From the NCBI GenBank assembly GCA_029881275.1, contig JAOUMX010000001.1, positions 38,949-102,948 on the forward strand: a DNA stretch of 64,000 bases. Reading direction: 5' to 3'. The notes under the pieces are model-generated. The model made no database searches. It had not been told where the DNA came from and saw only the letters and a program-made list of their open reading frames with translations. A program made the position numbers and the translations under genes. Position 1 is the first letter of the stretch, and every line of letters starts with the position of its first letter. This document shows positions 10,915 to 19,569 of this stretch, piece by piece. The DNA is from Gammaproteobacteria bacterium. Lineage in GTDB: Bacteria > Pseudomonadota > Gammaproteobacteria > SZUA-229.

Positions 10915-11889
10915 ATGTTAAAAATTGACATAAAAGAATTTCACTGGATGATGGATATGATTCAGCATCTTGATGTTGGCTTAATTGTTCTTGATAAAGA
11001 ATATAAAGTTAATGTCTGGAATTCTTTTATGGAGAATCACAGTGGTTATACGCCAAATGATGTAATTGGTAAGAATTTATTCGAGGTTTTTAAAAATATT
11101 CCTGAAAGCTGGTTTAAGCGTAAATCCGAATCAGTGTTTTTGCTGAATAATCGTGCATTTACTACCTGGGAGCAAAGGCCTTATTTATTTAAATTTAAAA
11201 ATTATAGACCAATAACAGGCTCAGCTGCTTTTATGTACCAGGATATTACGCTTATACCATTAACATCTGTTGACGGAACTGTGAATCATATTGGTGTTAT
11301 TATTTATGATGTGACAGATATTGCAGTCAATAAATTAGGGCTTAAAGTTGCAAATGAAGAATTAGGAATTCTTAGTCGTACGGATATGCTAACAAAGTTA
11401 TATAACCGTGGCTATTGGGAGGAGCGATTGTTACATGAGTTTTCTCTCCATAAACGAAACAAGCAGGCTGTTTCTCTGGTTATGTTTGATATTGATCACT
11501 TTAAGAAAGTTAATGATACCTATGGACACCAGGCGGGAGATGAGGTGATTAGAGTAACGTCTAAATTACTGATTGACTGTAAGCGCGAAACAGATATCGC
11601 CGGCCGTTATGGCGGGGAGGAATTTGCTGTTATTTTGCTGGATTCGACAGCACAAAACGCATTGCTCTTTACAGAACGTCTGCGTAAGCGAATAGAAGAA
11701 AGCCGTGTTTCAGTCGGCTCAGATTCAATTAAATTTACAGTCAGTCTTGGGATTTCAGATTTAACCGAGAAAACTCAGGATTATGAAGAATGGCTTAAGC
11801 AGTCAGATATGGCATTGTATAGAGCAAAAGAAAGTGGTAGAAATCAGTCGGTCATTTATGATGTAAACCTCAATGGAGCTATAAAATAA
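10915..11889 (+). CDS. PAS-domain diguanylate cyclase (GGDEF)
   Basis: N-terminal PAS-like region followed by 'LTKLYNRGYW', 'MFDIDHFKKVNDTYGHQAGDEV', and an intact active site 'RYGGEEF'. Lies 4 nt after the preceding gene. Confidence 0.85.
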   Translation: MLKIDIKEFHWMMDMIQHLDVGLIVLDKEYKVNVWNSFMENHSGYTPNDVIGKNLFEVFKNIPESWFKRKSESVFLLNNRAFTTWEQRPYLFKFKNYRPITGSAAFMYQDITLIPLTSVDGTVNHIGVIIYDVTDIAVNKLGLKVANEELGILSRTDMLTKLYNRGYWEERLLHEFSLHKRNKQAVSLVMFDIDHFKKVNDTYGHQAGDEVIRVTSKLLIDCKRETDIAGRYGGEEFAVILLDSTAQNALLFTERLRKRIEESRVSVGSDSIKFTVSLGISDLTEKTQDYEEWLKQSDMALYRAKESGRNQSVIYDVNLNGAIK

Positions 11890-12023
11890 AGTTTGTCAGT
11901 ATTCTGCTTACAGAATAAAAATATTTTCATGTTCCCGCTTTTACTGGATGTTATCTTCGCATCCGGCTAATATCCGTTTTTGTAGAATAGCAGCAATTTA
12001 TAGACGTTATTTCAGAGAAATTT

Positions 12024-13346
12024 ATGAGTCAGCTTGATTTTAAAGTTACGGCAGGCGGTGTGCTTAAAGGTAGTCTGCGTGTGCCTGGTGATAAATCTAT
12101 ATCACATCGTTCAATTATGTTTGGCGCCCTTGCCGATGGAACATCTCATGTTACCGGTTTTTTACAGGGTGAAGATAGTCTCAATACATTACGGGCCTTT
12201 AGAGCCATGGGTGTAACAATTGAAGGACCATCAAGTGACGGTAATGTGGTTATTCACGGTGTTGGTATTAATGGCCTGAAACAACCTGATAAGGCACTGG
12301 ATGTTGGCAATTCCGGCACCTCAATGCGATTGATGTCCGGCCTGTTGGCCGGGCAATCGTTTGATGTTGTCCTCTCTGGTGACCGTTCTTTATCTAAACG
12401 CCCGATGAAACGGGTAACGGATCCGCTGGCATTAATGGGCGCGAATGTTGAAACAGAAGACAATGGGCGTCCACCGCTTAAAATCAAAGGTGGCAGCTTA
12501 CTTAAGGGAATTCATTATGACATGCCTATGGCCAGTGCCCAGGTTAAATCATGCCTGTTGCTCGCGGGCATGTATGCACAGGGGCAAACCTGTGTAACAG
12601 AGCCTGCACCCACACGGGATCACACTGAACGTATGCTGACAGCTTTTGGTTATCCTGTTATTCGTAATGGTGACACGATTTGTATTCAGGGTGGTGGTCG
12701 CCTGACTGCCTGTGATATAGATGTGCCTGCAGATATCTCATCAGCCGCATTTTTTATTGTGGCTGCCAGTATTGCAAAAGGTTCTGATCTAACACTATTA
12801 CATGTTGGTATCAATCCAACCCGTACCGGCATTATTGATATTATGAAGCTCATGGGCGCAGATATTGAGTTGTTGAATATGCGTGAAGTGGGCGGTGAAC
12901 CGGTAGCTGATATACGAATTCGTAGTCGTCAGCTAAAAGGTGCCGAGATCCCGGAAAGTCTGGTACCACTGGCAATTGATGAGTTCCCGGTTATCTTTGT
13001 TGCTGCGGCCTGTGCTGAAGGTAAAACGATTATTAGTGGCGCGGAGGAATTGAGGGTTAAGGAATCAGACCGTATTCAGGTCATGGCCGATGGGTTACAG
13101 GCATTGGGTGTTGATGCGCAACCCACAGAAGATGGAATGATTATTCAGGGCGGTTTGATTCAGGGTGGCAAGGTCCATGCCCGTGATGATCACCGAATCG
13201 CCATGGCCTTCACCATGGCGGCTCTCCGGTCACAGGGGGATATTCATATCGAAGATTGCGTCAATGTAAACACCTCTTTCCCGGACTTTGTCGCACTGGC
13301 TAATAGTGTCGGCTTAAAAGTGACTGCAGAGGAGGCTAATTTTTGA
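12024..13346 (+). CDS. aroA: 3-phosphoshikimate 1-carboxyvinyltransferase (EPSP synthase)
   Basis: 440 aa with 'LRVPGDKSISHRSIMFGALA' and 'GNSGTSMRLMSGLLAGQ'. Confidence 0.95.
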   Translation: MSQLDFKVTAGGVLKGSLRVPGDKSISHRSIMFGALADGTSHVTGFLQGEDSLNTLRAFRAMGVTIEGPSSDGNVVIHGVGINGLKQPDKALDVGNSGTSMRLMSGLLAGQSFDVVLSGDRSLSKRPMKRVTDPLALMGANVETEDNGRPPLKIKGGSLLKGIHYDMPMASAQVKSCLLLAGMYAQGQTCVTEPAPTRDHTERMLTAFGYPVIRNGDTICIQGGGRLTACDIDVPADISSAAFFIVAASIAKGSDLTLLHVGINPTRTGIIDIMKLMGADIELLNMREVGGEPVADIRIRSRQLKGAEIPESLVPLAIDEFPVIFVAAACAEGKTIISGAEELRVKESDRIQVMADGLQALGVDAQPTEDGMIIQGGLIQGGKVHARDDHRIAMAFTMAALRSQGDIHIEDCVNVNTSFPDFVALANSVGLKVTAEEANF

Positions 13347-14014
13347 TGATTCCGGTGGTGACGATTGATGGCCCCAGTGGTGCGGGCAAAGGTACGATTG
13401 CTCAAAATGTAGCTCGAGAATTAGGTTGGGGGCTTCTAGATAGTGGTTCTCTTTATCGATTAACAGCACTGGCCTGTATTCAGCAAACAATTGATTTTGA
13501 GGATTTATCAGCCATTGAACTGATAGCCCGAAATTTGCCTGTCAGTTTTCAGTCAGTCCCAGATGGGTTAAAAATATTCCTTAATAATGAAGACGTTAGC
13601 GATGCCATACGGGAAGAAACTATCGGTATGGCCGCATCAAAAGTAGCGGCTATGGGTGGGGTCAGAGACGCTTTGCTTGAACGTCAAAGGGCTTTTGTTA
13701 GTGCTCCTGGATTAATTGCTGATGGGCGTGATATGGGTACCACGGTTTTTCCACAGGCACCCCTGAAAATCTTTATGACTGCGAGTTGTGAAGAAAGAGC
13801 TCAGAGACGCTATAAGCAGTTGAAAGAAAAGGGAATAAGTGTTAGTCTTGCCGCCCTCGTTGCTGACTTAAAAGCACGAGATGAACAGGATTCGAACAGG
13901 CCCATTTCTCCTCTCAGACCTGCTGATGACGCCATTATGATTGATACTTCGAATATGAGTATTGAACAGGTGACTCAGAAAGTACTTGAGCTGGTCAAGC
14001 AAACCTTTTCCTGA
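13346..14014 (+). CDS. cmk: Cytidylate kinase
   Basis: 'VVTIDGPSGAGKGTIAQ' P-loop. Start may be TTG 13343 or ATG 13346. Confidence 0.93.
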   Translation: MIPVVTIDGPSGAGKGTIAQNVARELGWGLLDSGSLYRLTALACIQQTIDFEDLSAIELIARNLPVSFQSVPDGLKIFLNNEDVSDAIREETIGMAASKVAAMGGVRDALLERQRAFVSAPGLIADGRDMGTTVFPQAPLKIFMTASCEERAQRRYKQLKEKGISVSLAALVADLKARDEQDSNRPISPLRPADDAIMIDTSNMSIEQVTQKVLELVKQTFS

Positions 14015-14142
14015 TCCTGTTCAACAGGTGCTCGTTTATAACAAACGGGTAGTGTTTAACATCAACCCCTGCAATATTTTGATCTTAATCTATACTTCAA
14101 TTAAATATTGTAGATGATTGTTTTTTCTGGAAATATTCTCTA

Positions 14143-15822
14143 ATGACTGAAAGTTTCGCACAACTTTTTGAAGAAAGTTTACAAGCTACTGAAATGAACG
14201 TCGGTTCCATCATGACCGGCACTGTAGTTGATATATCTGATGGTTATGTCACCGTCTCCGCCGGCCTGAAATCCGAGGGTGTAATCCCTGAATCTCAATT
14301 CATGAGTGAAGCAGGTGAGCTGGAAGTTGCTATTGGTGACTCTGTAGAAGTTGTATTGGAAGCGGTAGAAGATGGCTGGGGTGAAACTCGTCTGTCTCGT
14401 GATAAAGCCAAACGTGCCAAAGCCTGGACGCGTCTGGAAGCTGCACATGATGCAGAAGAAATTATTACCGGTGTTATTACCGGCAAGGTTAAAGGTGGTT
14501 TCACTGTTGAGCTGGGTGATATTCGTGCGTTCCTGCCCGGTTCACTGGTCGATGTACGTCCTGTTCGTGACACATCTTATCTTGAAGGCAAAGAGCTTGA
14601 ATTTAAAGTTATCAAGCTGGATCAAAAACGTAACAATGTGGTTGTTTCCCGTCGTGCGGTTGTTGAGTCGGAATACAGCGCTGAGCGTGAAGAGTTACTG
14701 GATACACTGGAAGAAGGTAAATCAGTTAAGGGTATTGTTAAGAACCTGACTGACTACGGTGCATTCCTTGATCTGGGCGGTATCGATGGTCTGTTACATA
14801 TCACTGACATGGCCTGGAAACGTGTTAAACATCCTTCTGAAATCGTTGAAGTGGGCAAAGAGATTGAAGTGGTTGTTCTTAAATTCGATAAAGAACGTAA
14901 CCGTGTATCTCTGGGTCTGAAACAGCTGGGCAGCGATCCATGGGCAGAAATTGCACGTCGTTATCCTGAAGGTTCACGTCTGAAAGGTAAAATCAGCAAT
15001 ATCACTGATTATGGCTGTTTCGTTGAGATCGAAGATGGCGTTGAAGGCCTGGTTCATGTATCTGAAATGGACTGGACTAACAAGAACGTTAATCCAGCCA
15101 AGGTTGTGACTCTGGGTGAAGAAGTTGAAGTCATGATTCTGGATATCGATCAGGAGCGTCGTCGTATTTCACTGGGTATGAAGCAGTGTACTGTTAATCC
15201 ATGGGATGAGTTTGGTGCTACCCACAATAAGAACGACAAAGTCAGCGGTAAGATCAAATCAATCACTGATTTCGGTATCTTTATCGGTCTTGACGGTGGT
15301 ATTGACGGTCTGGTTCATCTGTCTGACATCTCCTGGGATTCAACTGGTGAAGATCTGGTTCATAACTACAAGAAAGGCGATGAAATCGAAGCGGTTGTCC
15401 TGTCGATTGACCCTGAGCGTGAGCGTATTTCTCTGGGTATCAAGCAGATGGAGCAGGATCCTTTCTCTAACTTTGTTGCCGCTAACAGCAAGGGCAGCCT
15501 GGTAAAAGGCGTTGTTAAGGAAGTTGACGCTAAGGGTGCAATCATTGATCTGGGTGACGGCATTGAAGGTTCATTACGTGCATCTGAGCTGTCTCGTGAC
15601 CGTGTTGAGGACGCTCGTAGTCTTCTTAAGGAAGGTGAAGAGATTGAAGCCAAGTTCATCGGTGTTGACCGTAAGAGCCGTGCTATCAATCTTTCTATCA
15701 AAGCGAAGGACGTTGATGATGAGCAGCAGGCCATAAAAGACTACTCAAGTTCAACAAATGCACCTGCAGCAACCCTTGGAGACTTGCTGAAAGAGCAAAT
15801 GGATGCTAATAAAGATAGTTAA
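14143..15822 (+). CDS. rpsA: 30S ribosomal protein S1
   Basis: 559 aa with six S1 repeats and N-terminus '[13 protein letters not shown]'. Confidence 0.97.
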   Translation: MTESFAQLFEESLQATEMNVGSIMTGTVVDISDGYVTVSAGLKSEGVIPESQFMSEAGELEVAIGDSVEVVLEAVEDGWGETRLSRDKAKRAKAWTRLEAAHDAEEIITGVITGKVKGGFTVELGDIRAFLPGSLVDVRPVRDTSYLEGKELEFKVIKLDQKRNNVVVSRRAVVESEYSAEREELLDTLEEGKSVKGIVKNLTDYGAFLDLGGIDGLLHITDMAWKRVKHPSEIVEVGKEIEVVVLKFDKERNRVSLGLKQLGSDPWAEIARRYPEGSRLKGKISNITDYGCFVEIEDGVEGLVHVSEMDWTNKNVNPAKVVTLGEEVEVMILDIDQERRRISLGMKQCTVNPWDEFGATHNKNDKVSGKIKSITDFGIFIGLDGGIDGLVHLSDISWDSTGEDLVHNYKKGDEIEAVVLSIDPERERISLGIKQMEQDPFSNFVAANSKGSLVKGVVKEVDAKGAIIDLGDGIEGSLRASELSRDRVEDARSLLKEGEEIEAKFIGVDRKSRAINLSIKAKDVDDEQQAIKDYSSSTNAPAATLGDLLKEQMDANKDS

Positions 15823-15887
15823 ATAGTTAATAAATAAGAAATAACTGGTCAGGGACGACCTCTAATAACAAATTGATACGGGGATTT

Positions 15888-16217
15888 ATGATGGCAGAAG
15901 ATTCAGCAATGAAATCCATGATGAAGTCTGAGCTTATCGAGCTTATGGCGCGTAAGCAAGGTCATCTGGCATATAAGGACGTAGAACTGGCTGTAAAGAG
16001 TCTTCTTGAGCAAATGAGTCATGCTCTGGCAGGCGGAGAACGTATTGAAATAAGGGGATTTGGTAGTTTTAGTCTTCATTTTCGACCACCACGCGCTGGT
16101 CGTAACCCTAAAACAGGCGATTCTGTATCTTTACCGGGCAAATTTGTTCCGCACTTCAAACCAGGTAAAGAGCTTAGAGAAAGGGTTAATGAATCCCTGA
16201 ATAAAACAGGCAGTTAA
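15888..16217 (+). CDS. ihfB: Integration host factor beta subunit
   Basis: '[15 protein letters not shown]...[33 protein letters not shown]'. ATG at 15888 or 15891 preceded by 'acgggga'; the track start 15873 is TTG. Confidence 0.9.
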   Translation: MMAEDSAMKSMMKSELIELMARKQGHLAYKDVELAVKSLLEQMSHALAGGERIEIRGFGSFSLHFRPPRAGRNPKTGDSVSLPGKFVPHFKPGKELRERVNESLNKTGS

Positions 16218-16260
16218 ATAGTAAATATTAGCTGTTCTGCATGCCCGCAAGGGGGGCTTG

Positions 16261-16548
16261 ATGATTCGCATTGTCTCACTGCTGGTATCTATTCCAGTTG
16301 TCATAATTGTAGCGACATTTGCATATCGAAATGCACAATTAGTGACCATAGATTTTTTTACTTCCAAATTTGATTTTCCTTTAGCAGGTATTCTTCTGAT
16401 CTCCATATTGCTGGGTGTTCTACTTGGTTTTATTATCAATCTGACTGTTTTGTTAAAACAGAAAAATAAGATCAGACAATTAACTAAGCAAAGACATGAA
16501 ATGATCAGTTTGACTGAAGCTTTAAAGATGGATGATAAAAGGCTTTAA
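16261..16548 (+). CDS. lapA: Lipopolysaccharide assembly protein LapA (YciS, DUF1049)
   Basis: Small two-TM protein placed directly before lapB, as in E. coli yciS-yciM-pyrF. RBS 'aagggggg' precedes the ATG at 16261. Confidence 0.75.
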   Translation: MIRIVSLLVSIPVVIIVATFAYRNAQLVTIDFFTSKFDFPLAGILLISILLGVLLGFIINLTVLLKQKNKIRQLTKQRHEMISLTEALKMDDKRL

Positions 16549-17697
16549 ATGGAAAGCTTTATAGAATGGCGCTGGTATATATTATCGCTGATCGCATTTG
16601 TGCTCGGCTGGTTACTTGCAAAGCGTAAAAGTAAGAAAACACGCCGTCAATTACGTTTTTCGTCTGATTATTTTCAGGGGTTAAATTATCTGCTCAATGA
16701 TGAGCAGGATAAAGCGATCGAAATATTTTTACGCCTGGTCGAAAGTGACTGGCAAACCATTGATACACATTTGACATTGGGTAGTATATTTCGCCGTAAA
16801 GGTGAATTAGATAAAGCTATTAAATTACATCAGAGCTTATTAGCTCGACCATCGTTACCATCAGAATATAAAGTCAGAGTATTGCTTGAATTAGGTAGAG
16901 ATTATCAGCTTGCCGGCTGGCTGGATCGGGCGGAAGGTTTATTTAATGATGTGCTGAAAGACAGTGATTACACGGAAGAAGCACTCAGGCATTTGATGGA
17001 TATTTATCAACAGGAGCAGGAGTGGGGGTCGGCAATAACTGTTGCTAAACGTTATCAGCGAGCTGCAAATAATAGTTTAAAACCTGTAATTGCACAGTTT
17101 CATTGTGAATTAAGTGATAAGGAATTTTCCAGGGGGGATTTGAAAGAATCAGAAGCACTGGCTGTTCAAGGTCTGTCTATAGATGAAAATTGTGTGCGTG
17201 CCTCAATTATTTTAGGTAAGCTGGCTATACAAAGAGGTCGTTATAAACGAGCTATCCGTTTTTTCAAGCAAATAGAATTTCAAAATGTTGTTTATATGCC
17301 TCTGGTTATTTCTCATCTGACAGAATGTTACCGTAATCAGTCTAATCTTAAATCATTGATATCATATTTGCGCTCTCTTGATGAAAAGTATGAGTCTATT
17401 TCATTAATTCCTGTAATCGTAGATTTAATTACCGAGGTCTATGACCGGTCTTCTGCAATAGAGTATTTGTCAACACGCATGAAACTCAAGCCATCACTTG
17501 ATGGTGTGCAGAAAATGCTGGAAATTAATTTATCAAATGTAGATACCCAGGAAAGTTATATCAAGGAGGTGGTTGATCAGTTAATGCATGATCAATCGGG
17601 GTATCAGTGTTCACACTGTGGTTATTCAGCAAAATCATTGTACTGGTTATGCCCAAGTTGTCATACCTGGAGTGGTATGAAACCAAAACGTTTATAA
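16549..17697 (+). CDS. lapB: Lipopolysaccharide assembly protein LapB (YciM): N-terminal TM helix, TPR repeats, C-terminal rubredoxin-like Cys4
   Basis: C-terminus '[21 protein letters not shown]', TPR body, conserved synteny with pyrF. Confidence 0.88.
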   Translation: MESFIEWRWYILSLIAFVLGWLLAKRKSKKTRRQLRFSSDYFQGLNYLLNDEQDKAIEIFLRLVESDWQTIDTHLTLGSIFRRKGELDKAIKLHQSLLARPSLPSEYKVRVLLELGRDYQLAGWLDRAEGLFNDVLKDSDYTEEALRHLMDIYQQEQEWGSAITVAKRYQRAANNSLKPVIAQFHCELSDKEFSRGDLKESEALAVQGLSIDENCVRASIILGKLAIQRGRYKRAIRFFKQIEFQNVVYMPLVISHLTECYRNQSNLKSLISYLRSLDEKYESISLIPVIVDLITEVYDRSSAIEYLSTRMKLKPSLDGVQKMLEINLSNVDTQESYIKEVVDQLMHDQSGYQCSHCGYSAKSLYWLCPSCHTWSGMKPKRL

Positions 17698-17713
17698 GAT
17701 TACGAGATATTTA

Positions 17714-18406
17714 ATGAGTGATTCAAAAATTATTGTGGCCCTGGACTTTTCTGATAAAGCACAGGCTCTGGAGTTGATTTCAAAAATTGATCCTGCACTG
17801 TGTCGACTCAAAGTGGGTAAAGAAATGTTTACTCATTATGGACCTGCTTTTGTTGAGGAAATACAGTATAAAGGATTTGAGGTATTTCTAGACCTTAAAT
17901 ATCATGATATCCCCAATACGGTTGCTCGTGCCTGTGACACAGCAGCAGATCTTGGTGTCTGGATGTTAAATGTGCATGCACTTGGTGGTCGTCGCATGAT
18001 GGAGGCGGCATCTGAAGCACTGATAAAAAGAAATAACAGACCAAAATTAATAGCTGTTACAGTGTTAACCAGTATGTCAGCAGATGATCTTAATTCTATT
18101 GGCATTTCTTTGTCACCGGCAGATTATGCTTTGCAGCTGGCAAATCTGGCAAAAGATTCGGGCCTTGATGGCATAGTTTGTTCTGCGCAGGAATCTGCAT
18201 CAATGAAACGTGCACTGGGTAGTGATTTTATTCTTGTCACGCCCGGTATCCGGCCATCGGGGAGCGCCAATGATGATCAAAGGCGAATAATGACACCTGC
18301 AGATGCTATATCAGCGGGTTCTGATTATCTGGTGATAGGTCGTCCAATCACTCAAAGTGAAGACCCGATTGGTATTTTACGTACAATAAATTCAGAAATT
18401 TCCTAA
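17714..18406 (+). CDS. pyrF: Orotidine 5'-phosphate decarboxylase
   Basis: 'IVALDF', 'LKVGKEMF', '[12 protein letters not shown]'. Confidence 0.93.
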   Translation: MSDSKIIVALDFSDKAQALELISKIDPALCRLKVGKEMFTHYGPAFVEEIQYKGFEVFLDLKYHDIPNTVARACDTAADLGVWMLNVHALGGRRMMEAASEALIKRNNRPKLIAVTVLTSMSADDLNSIGISLSPADYALQLANLAKDSGLDGIVCSAQESASMKRALGSDFILVTPGIRPSGSANDDQRRIMTPADAISAGSDYLVIGRPITQSEDPIGILRTINSEIS

Positions 18407-18469
18407 TTGTAAAATCGTTTGTTGATTATTATCTTATGATCTCTTTCTAACCAAGGAAAAGGTGGAGAC

Positions 18470-18742
18470 ATGAAAATGATAAAATCAATCATAGTTAGTT
18501 TAATGTTGTTACTGTCAATATCAGCTTATGCAGGTTCTATTGATATCAATAAAGCAGATGCCAGGACACTGTCATCAGAATTATCGGGTATAGGTGAAAA
18601 GAAAGCCCAGGCGATAGTGGATTATCGAAATGCCAATGGGAAGTTCACTACTGTTGACGATTTATCTAAAGTCAAAGGTATTAATAGTAAAACAATTGAA
18701 AAGAATCGAGACCGGCTAATGGTAAGTAATAGCAAGCAGTAA
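18470..18742 (+). CDS. comEA: ComEA-like periplasmic DNA-binding competence protein (helix-hairpin-helix)
   Basis: Signal peptide followed by 'IDINKADARTLSSELSGIGEKKAQAIVDYRNANGKFTTVDDLSKVKGI'. Confidence 0.85.
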   Translation: MKMIKSIIVSLMLLLSISAYAGSIDINKADARTLSSELSGIGEKKAQAIVDYRNANGKFTTVDDLSKVKGINSKTIEKNRDRLMVSNSKQ

Positions 18743-18770
18743 TTTTATAATGCTCATAAACTGTCTCGTA

Positions 18771-18797
18771 AGCCTCGCATTTTGCGAGGCTTTTTTA
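18771..18797 (+). terminator. Rho-independent terminator after comEA
   Basis: Stem agcctcgca / tgcgaggct with loop ttt, followed by a T5 run. Confidence 0.8.
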
Positions 18798-18807
18798 TGT
18801 ATAATGA

Positions 18808-19488
18808 TTGCTGAAAATTATTCTGGGATATAATGTGAATATTGATTTCTGGAAACAACGGTGGTTAGATGGTCAAACAGGCTTTCATCTGGATAGTGTA
18901 AACACTTACCTTATACATTACTGGGATTTGCTTTGCGCAAATAATGAAACAGTTGTTTTTGTGCCCTTGTGTGGGAAGTCACTTGATATGATCTGGTTGG
19001 CGCATCAGGGTTGCCATGTAATTGGTGTCGAGTGTAGTGACAAGGCCATAGCTGAATTTTCCAGTGATAATAATCTTATGCTTCAACAAAAAATTACTAA
19101 TGGATTTGATGTCCATGAGAATAAAAATATATGTTTGATTCATTGTGATTATTTTGAATTGACTGCTGATATGATGAGGTCGGTATCTGTAGTTTATGAT
19201 CGTGCTTCGCTAGTAGCGCTTCCTCCTGAGATGCGTGAAAAATATGTAAAGAAACAATGTGAAGTTCTTCCTGAAAATATAAAGATTCTACTGATAACAC
19301 TTGAATATGATCAAGATCGTATGAGTGGCCCGCCATTCTCAGTAAGTCAGGATGAGATAACTAAACTGTACGGCTGCATGTTTAATATTCGCGAGCTATC
19401 AACAAATAATATTCTGGCGTCAGAGTCTCGATTTCAACAGCGTGGTCTCGATTATCTTATCGAGTCGGTATATTTGCTTGAACGTTAA
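18808..19488 (+). CDS. tpm: Thiopurine S-methyltransferase (tellurite/selenium-methylating Tpm family)
   Basis: 'DFWKQRW...GFH...VPLCGKSLDMIWLAHQGCHVIGVE...DRASLVALPPEMREKYV...LEYDQDRMSGPPFSVS' is nearly collinear with bacterial Tpm. Start is non-ATG: TTG 18808 or GTG 18835. Confidence 0.9.
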   Translation: MLKIILGYNVNIDFWKQRWLDGQTGFHLDSVNTYLIHYWDLLCANNETVVFVPLCGKSLDMIWLAHQGCHVIGVECSDKAIAEFSSDNNLMLQQKITNGFDVHENKNICLIHCDYFELTADMMRSVSVVYDRASLVALPPEMREKYVKKQCEVLPENIKILLITLEYDQDRMSGPPFSVSQDEITKLYGCMFNIRELSTNNILASESRFQQRGLDYLIESVYLLER

Positions 19489-19569
19489 TCGTGGCGTTGC
19501 TGTTAAAGTGTATATATCAAAATATATATTAATGATTTAATCTGTCATAGTAATTATGTATTATGATAT

